NCBI GenBank assembly: GCA_963748215.1
Contig: CAVVHS010000006.1
Location: 768,001-832,000 of the forward strand
DNA: 64,000 nt
Origin: an uncultured Gammaproteobacteria bacterium
GTDB lineage: Bacteria; Pseudomonadota; Gammaproteobacteria; UBA9214
Direction: 5' to 3'
Positions 31,424 to 41,099 of the stretch are shown one piece after another. A model generated the notes under the pieces. It ran no database searches. It saw nothing but the letters and a program-made list of their open reading frames with translations, and had not been told where the DNA came from. The translations under genes were made by a program, and so were the position numbers. The number at the start of each line of letters is the position of its first letter. Within the stretch, counting starts at the first letter, position 1.

Positions 31424-34400
31424 ATGTATTTACGAAAGCTGTTGATTGGCATCATCACCCTGTTTGCCTGCAGTAACGCCATGGCCCTACGCGATGACGT
31501 ACTGATCATTGTCAACGACAACTCGGTGGATTCGCCCCAGCTGGGGACCTATTACGCCCAGCAGCGTGACATCGATCCCGCCAACATCGTGCATGTGCGC
31601 GTGCCTGCCGGTTACTTCATCGGCTGGGACGACTTTCGCCGCCTGCGCGATCAGCTCATCGACTTCATGCAGCGCAACACGCTGGACGACCCGACCCTGA
31701 CACCGGCGGTGTGTGTGGATGGCGAGCCGCCGTATTATTGCCCGGCGGCCGTGGAGCAGTTGCGCGCTCACAGCAGGATCCGCTACCTGGTCACCACGCG
31801 CGGGGTGCCGACCCGGATGGTGGTAGACGGCTCCACCCTGTTCGATGCGACCGCGCCGACCTCGGTGGACAACTACCTCAAGTACTGGCTGCTCAATTAC
31901 TTTACCGAGGACACGCGGCTCACGTTTAACGAGCGCGAGGTGGCGTTTGGCGATGGCCGCGGCATGCGCACCGTATTGCCGGCCACCGACCGGGAACTGA
32001 TCATCGGGCGACTCGACGGGCTCACGCTGGGCTCCGCCCGGGCGCTGCTGGACCGGACCCTGGCGGCGGAACGCGGCGGCCTGTCCGGCCGCCTGTTCGG
32101 CTCCACGCGCTTCAATCGCTGGGTGGATAACAGTACCGGGCGACTGATTTACCCATCCACCGGGATCACCGGCTGGCCCTATCAGCTCGGGTTGTTTGAC
32201 GAGGCCCGTCCGGAGTGTGTCGATTACCTGAATGTTTCCGGGCTGTCGCCGGCAGGCAAGACGCCGGCGCACTGCACGGTGCAACTCAACGAGGACAGCG
32301 ACCCGGTCACCAGCGCCAGCTACCCGGCCCCGGGCAATGCCGCGAGCCGCCAGCCGCAGGCGGTGAATGCGCTGCTGTATCAGGGCTGGGTGGACGGGCA
32401 GGCGGCGGTTGGCAGTTTCGATGCCCTGCTCAACTGGCGCAAGAACGACCAGTGCACGGTCACCGAGTGCCGCGATGCGGCCGATCCCGCGGCCTGCCAG
32501 GCGGCATCCACGGATGTGTTCGGGGAACTCAACACGGACTGTGTCGGCATGGCCGACGGGTTCATGGGCTACAACCACCAGTCCTGGCCGGTGTCGTACC
32601 TGGCGGTGTGGCCGACGGGCTGGTTCCAGAGCACCGGCAACAGCAGCTGGAACGATGGCGGTCACGGTGATGTCAACCAGCTGGCCTTGCCCGAGGTGCG
32701 TACTGACACCGGCTTCGATGACAGCTTCAGCCTGTGGTTCCGCAACACCGACCAGGTGGCCGCGCCGCGCTGTTTCCCGGCCAGTGACTTCTCGGCGCCG
32801 CCAGGCCTGCCCTGTGCCGACCAGCGCCGGATAGTGCTGGCCCAGCGTATACCGCTGGCCGCGCAGACCCTGGACACCGGCAACCCCCAGACCTACCGGA
32901 TCGGCCTGCACTACCAGGCGGCCGATCTTGTGGTTGATCCGGCCACACCCGTCACCCTGCAGGTGCGCTTCTTCGTGCGCGAGGCGGGCGGCGCCCAGGT
33001 CGACTACGGCACCCGCGAGCTCGCCACGCTGGCCCCGGGCAATACCGGCTGGACACCGGTCGAGGTTGCGTTCCCGCTCGACCCGGCGCTGCATGCCGCC
33101 GCCAGTTACGACGGCATCAAGTTCCGCATCGAAACCACCGGGGTGTTTGCCGGGGCGCTGGGTATCGACGCGGTCAGCGTGCAGCAGGTGGGCGCGGGCG
33201 CGGAGCTGGCGCTCAACGGTTCCTTCAGCGAGGGTCACCGCCAGGTGGCAGCCGGCGATCATGCGGCGACGTTTCTGGACCGGCTGGGCGGCGTGGCCTT
33301 CTGGGGCAGCGTGAGCCATCACCAGTCGGCTGGCTGTGCGTTCTGCCTGAGCGGCATGGCGCCGCTGGTGTATTTCACGCGCGGCCTGCCGCTGGGGGAT
33401 GCGGTATGGTTCGCCGCCGCCAACAACAGCGGCATTCTGTATGGCGATCCGCTGTACTCGCCGGTGGCGGTACGGCTCAATCCGGTCAATGCCACGGACA
33501 CCCTGAGCGGGGTGGTGGCGCTGTCGGGCAGCACCGTGAACGGCCGGGATCCGGCCCGGGTATCGACCGGCTATCGCATCGACGTCTGTCCGGGCGAGGA
33601 TTTCCTGGTCTGTGACCGGCAGGGCAGCTGGCAGCCGACCGGCCTCAGCGGCGTGGGCGGCGCGGAGAATATGCTGCTCGGCGATTGGGACAGCACCAGT
33701 GTCGCGCCGGGTAGCTACACGCTGCGCCTGGCGGTGACCAGCCAGAATACGCTGACAGGCCGCAGTCAGACGCTGCATGACTTTTATCCCGTCCGTGTCG
33801 GGGATGCTGTACCGCCGCCGGGGCCGGGCAGTGTGCAGTTCAGCGCCGCCGGTTACAGCGTGGCGGAGAATGGCGCGAGTGTGCTGGTGATGGTGCTCCG
33901 CACCGGCGGCAGCACGGGTGCCATCACCGTCGACTATGCAAGTAGCGACGGCACGGCCACCGCGGGCAGTGACTATGGCGCGGTGGGCGGGCGGCTGCTT
34001 TTCACCGATGGCGTGATCAGCCAGTCGTTCAGCGTACCGATCGTGGATTACAGCGTGCCCGAAGCAGACGAGAGCTTTACGCTCACGCTGTCGAATGCCA
34101 CCGCTGGCGCCAGCCTGGGTGCCGTGAGCACGGCCACGGTGACTATCATCGACAACGACACTGTGGCACCTGTGCCCGACCCTGCCCCTGTCACCGATCC
34201 TGCGCCGGTGGTTGATCCGGCACCCGTAACCGATCCTGCGCCGGTGGTTGATCCGGCACCGGTGACTGATCCGGCACCGGTGACCGATCCGGCACCGGTG
34301 ACTGATCCTGCCCCGGTGGTTGACCCGGCACCGGTGGTTGATCCTGCGCCGGTGGTTGATCCTGCGCCGGTGACCGATCCGGCACCCGTAACCGATCCTG

Positions 34401-34660
34401 CGCCGGCGGTTGATCCTGCCCCGGTGACTGATCCTGCCCCGGTGGTTGACCCGGCACCGGTGGTTGATCCGGTACCCGTGACCGATCCGGCACCGGTGAC
34501 CGATCCGGCACCCGTAACCGATCCTGCCCCGGTGACTGATCCGGCACCGGTGGTTGATCCGGCACCCGTGACTGATCCTGCGCCGGCAACTGATCCGGTA
34601 CCGGTGGTTGATCCGGCGCCGGTGACCGATCCGGCACCGGTGACCGATCCGGCCCCGTGA
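31424..34660 (+). CDS. TIGR03790-like secreted protein with Calx-beta domain and start of Pro-rich stalk
   Basis: Signal peptide, VLIIVNDNSVDS..G.YYAQQRDI, SVDNYL, GRLDG, GDPLYSP. Calx-beta motifs TVDYASSDGTATAGSDY and ATVTIIDND. Confidence 0.75.
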   Translation: MYLRKLLIGIITLFACSNAMALRDDVLIIVNDNSVDSPQLGTYYAQQRDIDPANIVHVRVPAGYFIGWDDFRRLRDQLIDFMQRNTLDDPTLTPAVCVDGEPPYYCPAAVEQLRAHSRIRYLVTTRGVPTRMVVDGSTLFDATAPTSVDNYLKYWLLNYFTEDTRLTFNEREVAFGDGRGMRTVLPATDRELIIGRLDGLTLGSARALLDRTLAAERGGLSGRLFGSTRFNRWVDNSTGRLIYPSTGITGWPYQLGLFDEARPECVDYLNVSGLSPAGKTPAHCTVQLNEDSDPVTSASYPAPGNAASRQPQAVNALLYQGWVDGQAAVGSFDALLNWRKNDQCTVTECRDAADPAACQAASTDVFGELNTDCVGMADGFMGYNHQSWPVSYLAVWPTGWFQSTGNSSWNDGGHGDVNQLALPEVRTDTGFDDSFSLWFRNTDQVAAPRCFPASDFSAPPGLPCADQRRIVLAQRIPLAAQTLDTGNPQTYRIGLHYQAADLVVDPATPVTLQVRFFVREAGGAQVDYGTRELATLAPGNTGWTPVEVAFPLDPALHAAASYDGIKFRIETTGVFAGALGIDAVSVQQVGAGAELALNGSFSEGHRQVAAGDHAATFLDRLGGVAFWGSVSHHQSAGCAFCLSGMAPLVYFTRGLPLGDAVWFAAANNSGILYGDPLYSPVAVRLNPVNATDTLSGVVALSGSTVNGRDPARVSTGYRIDVCPGEDFLVCDRQGSWQPTGLSGVGGAENMLLGDWDSTSVAPGSYTLRLAVTSQNTLTGRSQTLHDFYPVRVGDAVPPPGPGSVQFSAAGYSVAENGASVLVMVLRTGGSTGAITVDYASSDGTATAGSDYGAVGGRLLFTDGVISQSFSVPIVDYSVPEADESFTLTLSNATAGASLGAVSTATVTIIDNDTVAPVPDPAPVTDPAPVVDPAPVTDPAPVVDPAPVTDPAPVTDPAPVTDPAPVVDPAPVVDPAPVVDPAPVTDPAPVTDPAPAVDPAPVTDPAPVVDPAPVVDPVPVTDPAPVTDPAPVTDPAPVTDPAPVVDPAPVTDPAPATDPVPVVDPAPVTDPAPVTDPAP

Positions 34661-35460
34661 CCGATCCGGCACCGGTGACTGATCCGGCACCCGTGACCGA
34701 TCCGGCACCGGTGACTGATCCGGCACCGGTGGTTGATCCTGCCCCGGTGGTTGATCCGGCACCGGTGACCGATCCGGCGCCGGTGACTGATCCGGCACCG
34801 GTGGTCGATCCGGCACCGGTGACCGATCCGGCACCCGTGACTGATCCGGCACCGGTGACTGATCCGGCACCGGTGACTGATCCTGCACCGGTGACTGATC
34901 CGGTACCGGTGACTGATCCTGCCCCGGTGGTTGATCCGGCACCGGTGACTGATCCGGCACCGGTGACTGATCCGGTACCGGTGACTGATCCTGCCCCGGT
35001 GACTGATCCGGCGCCGGTGACCGATCCGGCACCCGTGACTGATCCGGTACCGGTGACTGAGCCGGTACCGGTGACTGAGCCGGTACCGGTGGTTGATCCG
35101 GTACCGGTGACCGATCCGGCACCCGTGACCGATCCTGCACCGGTGGTTGATCCGGCACCGGTGACTGATCCGGCACCGGTGACTGATCCGGCACCGGTGA
35201 CTGATCCTGCCCCGGTGACTGATCCGGCACCGGTGATTGATCCTGCCCCGGTGAGCGATCCGGCACCCGTGACTGATCCTGCCCCGGTGACCGATCCGGC
35301 ACCCGTAACCGATCCGGCACCGGTGGTTGATCCGGCACCGGTGACCGATCCGGCACCCGTAACCGATCCTGCACCGGTGGTTGATCCTGCACCGGTGACC
35401 GATCCTGCGCCGGTGACTGATCCGGTACCGGTGGTTGATCCGGTGCCCGTGACTGATCCA
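34172..35460 (+). repeat. Coding tandem repeat, 18-bp unit (DPAPV[T/V]) x ~70
   Basis: Consensus GATCCGGCACCGGTGACT. One unit near 34651-34660 (GGCCCCGTGA) lacks a base. Confidence 0.95.
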
Positions 35461-36063
35461 GGCGTAGCTGTAAACACGCAGTGTTCAGAAACCTCTAACA
35501 GTCAAGATACCCGCTGGGGACGATACCGCTGGAGAAATTCCACCTGGACCATCAACCTGCTCTCCTCCACTGACAGGGCAGATGTTGATGCGCTTGCTGC
35601 CAGGGCGGATAGCCTGAATATTTTGACCGTAATCCAGGAAACCGATATCAATGGAACGCATTACTGGCGCTTGCAGGTCACCGGCTTCAACAGCCAGTCG
35701 GATGCCGAAAAGAGCTCGGCAATCATCAAGGACAAACTTGACATCGATAACGTCTGGATCTTCCGCCAGAGGCAATCTGACAACAATGCCACCAGCGACT
35801 GCCGTACGAGCTCCAGTCAAGGCACCTGGGTGATCAACCTGATGTCCTCAACCGAGCAGGCCGGTGTCGAGCAGCTCGCCGCCAGTGCCGCCAGTCTTGA
35901 CCTGGAGACTTCAACTGAAACAGCCGTGGTCAACGGCACGACATTCTGGCGCCTGCAGATTACCGGATTTGACAGCGAGTCAGACGCTGACGAATACGCG
36001 AAATATGTCAAGCAGCTACTCGGTATCAATGATATCTGGGTCTTCAGAAGAGCGAACTGGTGA
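34657..36063 (+). CDS. C-terminal part of the same protein: Pro-rich stalk and two SPOR-like domains
   Basis: The repeat continues in the shifted frame. Two WxINLxS...WRLQxTGFxSxSDA...xWxF units follow. Confidence 0.7.
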   Translation: MTDPAPVTDPAPVTDPAPVTDPAPVVDPAPVVDPAPVTDPAPVTDPAPVVDPAPVTDPAPVTDPAPVTDPAPVTDPAPVTDPVPVTDPAPVVDPAPVTDPAPVTDPVPVTDPAPVTDPAPVTDPAPVTDPVPVTEPVPVTEPVPVVDPVPVTDPAPVTDPAPVVDPAPVTDPAPVTDPAPVTDPAPVTDPAPVIDPAPVSDPAPVTDPAPVTDPAPVTDPAPVVDPAPVTDPAPVTDPAPVVDPAPVTDPAPVTDPVPVVDPVPVTDPGVAVNTQCSETSNSQDTRWGRYRWRNSTWTINLLSSTDRADVDALAARADSLNILTVIQETDINGTHYWRLQVTGFNSQSDAEKSSAIIKDKLDIDNVWIFRQRQSDNNATSDCRTSSSQGTWVINLMSSTEQAGVEQLAASAASLDLETSTETAVVNGTTFWRLQITGFDSESDADEYAKYVKQLLGINDIWVFRRANW

Positions 36064-36709
36064 GACATCTGAAATAGTGGTCCGCACATTGACTACCGAG
36101 ATCGACCTGTTCTTCGTGACCCGCCCGAACAGGCAAAGTGCGCACTCGATATTTACCCTTCAATACCACCCGACACCGGATACGGAGTAATGCGTCCACG
36201 CAGAGGTAATCGTGAGACGGAAGGTTTACCACAAAATAGTGGGCAACAAGGTCCATAATTAGAGAACGGCCGTTACGGCATGGTATTTTAAACAAGGCTC
36301 TTCCCCAAATCGAGTGGGTAGATTACCGTTGCAGGGCCTAATTCACTTGTGCCCGGCGCTTTATCGGGTATTCGGCCACCGCCTGTTGCCATTGGAGACA
36401 AGGAGTCACCCTGTCCTGTGACGCATTGCGCAGGTGAGCATCATTCCCTGCACCATCAGGTCTATTGCATCACCACGGTTACCCGCGGTCGTCATTCTTT
36501 TGTTCACGGATATCAGCGCAGCACGCCTGCTGGTTCGTGAATGGTCGAATGAATTCGACCCTGCAGACGATGAGACACCGCTGGCCGAATTCATTCGGCC
36601 AACAACCTTGCCATCAGAAGGAATGCGTCTCGTCTAACTTGATGTGTTACCCACTCAATCAGGGAAAGGTCCTTAAACAAAATAGCCTGATCCCTGCGTT
36701 CAATACAAT

Positions 36710-36738
36710 AAGAAAGAGGCCTCGCATTGCGAGGCCTC
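36710..36738 (-). terminator. Rho-independent terminator of the cohesin-like gene
   Basis: GAGGCCTCGC-AAT-GCGAGGCCTC followed by TTTCTT on the minus strand. Confidence 0.75.
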
Positions 36739-36759
36739 CCTGTAAATGGTTGATGCCTG

Positions 36760-37350
36760 TCAGGCTGATCTGCGTCTGGCAACCCCGACCAAACCAATCA
36801 AGCCCGAGCCGAACAGCCACGCAGCGGCCGGCACCGGCACGGAGGTCACCGCCACCTGACCGGCGACGTAGTCGACAGGAACAGTAACACCACCAAGGGA
36901 CCATCCGCCGAAGACATCCGCGAAGATGATGTCCGTGGCGGATCCTGCAGCACCGATGACATTGAAACTCAAATCAACGATGTTAAAGTCCGACCCGAAG
37001 AAACCTGCGCTGCGCCCAAGGAAGACGAAATCCACTGTACCGGCGGCCGCGGAGGTGTCATCAATAAAGGGGGAATCCCAGTTCGGATCACTCACCACAA
37101 TACCGGTGTACTGCAGTACGGTGGAGTTCCAGCTAATCGTGAAGGCGGCACCATCCACTGACTGAATGCCTGGCAGTGAAGGATCCCCATCCGTAAAGGA
37201 CGTCCCCACAAGGTTCAGATTCAGTGTCGTGGCCCCGTCGGTTGTAATCGGATTGGACTGAGTCAGCTGCACAGTACCGGCCATGGCCTGTCCTGCAGCC
37301 AGCCCCAACAGCACCAGTGTACAAATGGACGTTAAAATCTTCTTGTACAT
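36760..37350 (-). CDS. Cohesin-like beta-sandwich protein with VPLPA/PEP-CTERM anchor
   Basis: Signal peptide (AMA). DGAAFTISWNSTVLQYTG, AGTVDF and FNIVDLSFNV...TDIIF resemble cohesin strands. C-terminal VPVPAAAWLFGSGLIGLVGVARRR. Confidence 0.7.
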   Translation of the reverse strand: MYKKILTSICTLVLLGLAAGQAMAGTVQLTQSNPITTDGATTLNLNLVGTSFTDGDPSLPGIQSVDGAAFTISWNSTVLQYTGIVVSDPNWDSPFIDDTSAAAGTVDFVFLGRSAGFFGSDFNIVDLSFNVIGAAGSATDIIFADVFGGWSLGGVTVPVDYVAGQVAVTSVPVPAAAWLFGSGLIGLVGVARRRSA

Positions 37351-37949
37351 TTTCGTAGCCCTCTGCGTAAATTAAACATTCATTTTTCGAAATTCTGCTT
37401 TTGCCCTTAACACCTCTACCGGCTGACGATCTGCAACTCGTTTATAATCGCTTCATGCCACTATTCGGTTCTGGTTGAAGCTCGCGTCGCAGTGGATGCC
37501 AACATTTCTCACAATGAGTAGCCGGATCGTTCTCCCCGGATTTAGTGATTCAGTCATGCGTGACTTGTATTCAACATAGCGCTCTGAACGCAACCTGCCT
37601 ATTGTCCTTAGGTACGATCCAGGCAATACATTTTCAATTCCCGTGTCGACCCCTGGTCCCATGGGATACAGTACGAATGCAAACATGAAGGTCGGCAATC
37701 CCGAACAGGATGGACCGAAATCCGGGGATACCTCAAACATGAAATGACGATTATTCCAGCTGCAATAGCTGGAGGGGAATGTCACAGGCACAAAGAATCA
37801 CGCCTCGTACATCCGTGTGCGAGGCGTGATGGTGACATATAGGAAGGAGAATATTGCATGTCACTGGCTTATAAATTAGCGACAGCTATACACTCTGTCT
37901 ATTGTACTTTGGTACGAGCTGAACGATTCCCGCAGCAACCTGTTAATAC

Positions 37950-38013
37950 GCCACCGGCTAAAGCCGGTGGCTTCGGGTTACGGCTGAAAGCCGAATCGAT
38001 CGGCCATTCGGCC
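37950..38013. mobile_element. Hairpin cluster resembling an IS200/IS605 end or REP-like element, no transposase
   Basis: GCCACCGGCT-AA-AGCCGGTGGC, then CGGCT-GAA-AGCCG. Confidence 0.4.
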
Positions 38014-38144
38014 ACTTAACCCCCCTCTCCCACCGGGACGACTGCATGGCCGCTACCGGGCTGGCCCGGGCCCTGCCAGAGCCGAGAGTGCTGGATAGCG
38101 CGGTTAAAAATATAGAGACTGTAAATAATTCTGTAAGCAGCGCT

Positions 38145-38777
38145 TCAGCTTCCCTTCTTAACCCCCTCGACAAGCAGATAAACATCATCTTTCAAGAAAC
38201 GTTGGCTGATGATGTCAAGTTCAGCGGATTCTTCAATGTATTGAATTGTTTTTCTGTCAAATCTGGCGCCGTAGACTTTTTCAACAAAAGAAGCAAAAAA
38301 GTCCTGGCGTCGTCTTATTTTCTCGTTATTTGAATAAATCATTTCAAGCAATCTGAATTTCCCACCCGGCTTCAGAACGCGGCTGAACTGCTCCAGCGCC
38401 ATAGGCTGGAATTCATCCGGCATGACACAGCAAAGGAAGGTGGATATTATCCAGTCATATTGGTTCGATTCGACCAGGCGCATAACACTGGCATCGTCAT
38501 GTAGAAGTTCTATTTTACATTTGGCTTTCTTTGCCTTCCTGGTGGCTTTTCTTAACATGACATCACTTAGATCGACGCCTGTTAATTCAACGCTCTCATG
38601 ATAGTGCTGGAAATTCCTTCCTGTTCCCACACCTGCTTCCAGTACCTTGCCACGTAAATCACCCAGTAACAGTGGTCGCCATTCCCTGTAAATCCGCTCC
38701 CATGGATAATCCAATATGTCATAAAACATCGCTGTGATATTGTATTTGGCGCGCAAGGACAGGTTTTCTTCTCTCAC
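38145..38777 (-). CDS. Class I SAM-dependent methyltransferase
   Basis: VLEAGVGTG, GVDLS, RVLKPGG. Confidence 0.85.
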   Translation of the reverse strand: MREENLSLRAKYNITAMFYDILDYPWERIYREWRPLLLGDLRGKVLEAGVGTGRNFQHYHESVELTGVDLSDVMLRKATRKAKKAKCKIELLHDDASVMRLVESNQYDWIISTFLCCVMPDEFQPMALEQFSRVLKPGGKFRLLEMIYSNNEKIRRRQDFFASFVEKVYGARFDRKTIQYIEESAELDIISQRFLKDDVYLLVEGVKKGS

Positions 38778-38859
38778 GAAAACACCCCTTTATATATTGC
38801 ACATATTTGGAATTATCTGCTGAAACGTGTTGTATTCACACGGCCAGAAGACCAGGACT

Positions 38860-39000
38860 TTTTCTGAATCGACCGTCCACTGCGCCAAGTTTGCCAGCGA
38901 CTCCGATCGTCTGATTGAGGCCTCGGAACGTCTTGGACAGGCCGGCACTGCCATCACCCAGCATGTCTTTCGACTGAAGCTCGTACGGATTCAGCCCTTA
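38860..39000 (+). pseudogene. Tyrosine integrase C-terminal relic
   Basis: AKFASDSD..EASERLGQAGTAITQHVFR resembles the RAK.ASD...A..RLGH....T..VY box II, with His and Tyr lost. Adjacent to the att-like tRNA fragment. Confidence 0.45.
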
Positions 39001-39086
39001 AAAAGGCAGGGGAACCTGATTCTACTGGACAATCGTGTATCTATCGGACAGTCACTCATCTAAGGCAGCGGCAAGTCCTTGAAAAA

Positions 39087-39256
39087 TGGCGCGCCCGGAG
39101 AGATTACTCACCCCTGCTGGGCTCGCCCTGCGGGCCACCGCTGCTGCGCGGCGACGTTCCCGGCTATTGCTCCCTGCATTGCTCTCGGCTCTGGCATGCT
39201 CCCTGCAATCGTGCGCTCCCTGCGGCCGCTTGACGAACTCCCGACCGCCTGGTTCG
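39087..39256 (-). other. att-like 3' half of tRNA-Arg, interrupted in the T-loop by 128 bp
   Basis: Minus strand reads CGAACCAGGCGGTCGGGAGTTCG-[39106-39233]-AATCTCTCCGGGCGCGCCA. Similarity to tRNA ends at the anticodon loop. Confidence 0.7.
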
Positions 39257-39922
39257 CAACCTGATTGAAGCATATGATTTACATATTCAATCAGTCACTT
39301 GCGGTACCTGCCCAGCCAATACCATATTTGAGTTATCAGTCACTTGCAGTTCACTGCCATTGGAAGTGAGCACAAAACCAGCATAGTCCAATCTGCCTTC
39401 TGAAAGGTCCTTTTAGTTATGTGAATTCGAATGCGGCATGCACAGGGCCTTGAGTAACCTGGCGTATAATCTGCGCCGCTGGTGCTGGCTGGAGGCGACA
39501 GCAATGTGAGAACCACGACGATTTGTCGGACCCTAAGGGATGCGATACATTCACGGCTGACAGGGACCCGGCAGGTGCGAATTTCCGTAAAGCCCTGCTA
39601 ACATGCACGTCGGTGGAGTTATGTCATGCCTGAAAACCCTTTCTCAAAGGCGCACGAAACGCAGTGCTTGACGAAACACACTAAAGACCCTGTGCCAACC
39701 TGCTTCTGTTTGGCCTGCCCCCCCGCTAAGATACGATTTCATAAGCCGGTGAGCCTTACATTGCGCAAAATTGATTCTGATCTCTGGGTTATAGGTGCGC
39801 GCAGGCAAAGTTCTTTTCGCCGTGCCTATTTCTTTACGCCATCCGCTGGGGAACGCATCGTTGATTCAAGACGTAGCGCGAACATGCTTTCATCGTCTAC
39901 CGGGTAATTGGACGGGAGTGAC

Positions 39923-40915
39923 ATGCAAGCCAATTTCCTGATAACCGGAGCCACTGGTTTTGTCGGGCATCGTTTGGCCGAGGTCCTGGTCGATAAGGGC
40001 GCGCGCGTCAGGCTACTCGTGAGACAGCCTGAGAATCTTCCCAATCGCGTGAAGTCATCATGCGAGGTCGTCGTGGGATCTCTTGGCGATATTACGGCCT
40101 TAGCAACTGCAGTTTCCGACGTCGATGTGGTATTCCATTGCGCCGCTAACGTAAGTACCTGGGACAGGACTGAAGCCTACTACGAGGCAAATGTCGCCGG
40201 CGTTGGAAATTTGTTGAACGCAATATGCACACACAACCCAGGACTCAGACGCTTCATACATCTCTCCACGGTCGACGTGTACGGTTTCCCCAGGCACCCC
40301 TGCGACGAAACCGACAAGACTCCCGATGTCGGCTTCGATTATGGTGACACCAAGCGGATGGGAGAATCGATAGTCAGGCAGTTTTGCGATCGTGTGCCTT
40401 ACACAATTATCCGGCCAGCCAATATCATTGGCCCTTGCAGTCAGCTCATTGAAAGGATTGGACATGCAGTCAGCTCCGGTGTAATGATCACCATAGATGG
40501 TGGACGTGCCAATGCCGGATTGGTGTTTGTCGACAATCTAATCACGTACATGATTTGGGCGGCACAATCAGAAGCAGCCACCAACGAGATCTTCAATGTC
40601 CGCGACAATTACGATGTAACCTGGATGGAATTCGTAAGTACCTTCAGAAAAGCGATCGCCGGCAAGGGTATCGTCATTAACCTTCCTTTTGTTGTCGCCG
40701 AAACGATTGCGAGAGCATTGGAAACCTTTCATGTAGCGATCCTTCCTGGAAAAGAGCCGACTCTGCATCGCCTGCTTGTGCGAATATTGGGAAGGACCTG
40801 CGGACATAGTGCACGAAAGATCAGAAACGTCAGCGGCATTGACACGGAAATCGGATTTGATGAGGCAATCAGACAATCCGCTCATTGGTTCTTGTCCGAG
40901 GTTAATACAGACTAA
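39923..40915 (+). CDS. NAD-dependent epimerase/dehydratase (3-beta-HSD-like extended SDR)
   Basis: LITGATGFVG, VFHCAA, YGDTK (YxxxK). Confidence 0.85.
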   Translation: MQANFLITGATGFVGHRLAEVLVDKGARVRLLVRQPENLPNRVKSSCEVVVGSLGDITALATAVSDVDVVFHCAANVSTWDRTEAYYEANVAGVGNLLNAICTHNPGLRRFIHLSTVDVYGFPRHPCDETDKTPDVGFDYGDTKRMGESIVRQFCDRVPYTIIRPANIIGPCSQLIERIGHAVSSGVMITIDGGRANAGLVFVDNLITYMIWAAQSEAATNEIFNVRDNYDVTWMEFVSTFRKAIAGKGIVINLPFVVAETIARALETFHVAILPGKEPTLHRLLVRILGRTCGHSARKIRNVSGIDTEIGFDEAIRQSAHWFLSEVNTD

Positions 40916-41099
40916 TTGCCACGCCGTCTCGGAAAATATGACGTAGAATACGAGCGACCCTTTACCAGATAACCATGACACCCAAGGACAACCACGAAAT
41001 TCCCTGTGTCCGCATCAACAATACCGGCCTATATAATCGACACAGGACCCTCTCGATATATGAATGTTTTGATATGTTAGCGATCTGATTTTACGTTAT

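Noticed and set aside
34172-35460. Possible CRISPR array
   Set aside because: The 18-bp units are contiguous with no unique spacers, variation is mostly at codon third positions, and no cas genes are present. It is a coding repeat.
31487-35477. Long antisense ORFs (1301 aa and 428 aa)
   Set aside because: Shadows of the GC-rich plus-strand gene and its repeat, with no independent motifs.
39087-39256. Functional or intron-containing tRNA-Arg
   Set aside because: The 5' half and D-arm are absent, and the insert is too short for, and unlike, a group I intron.
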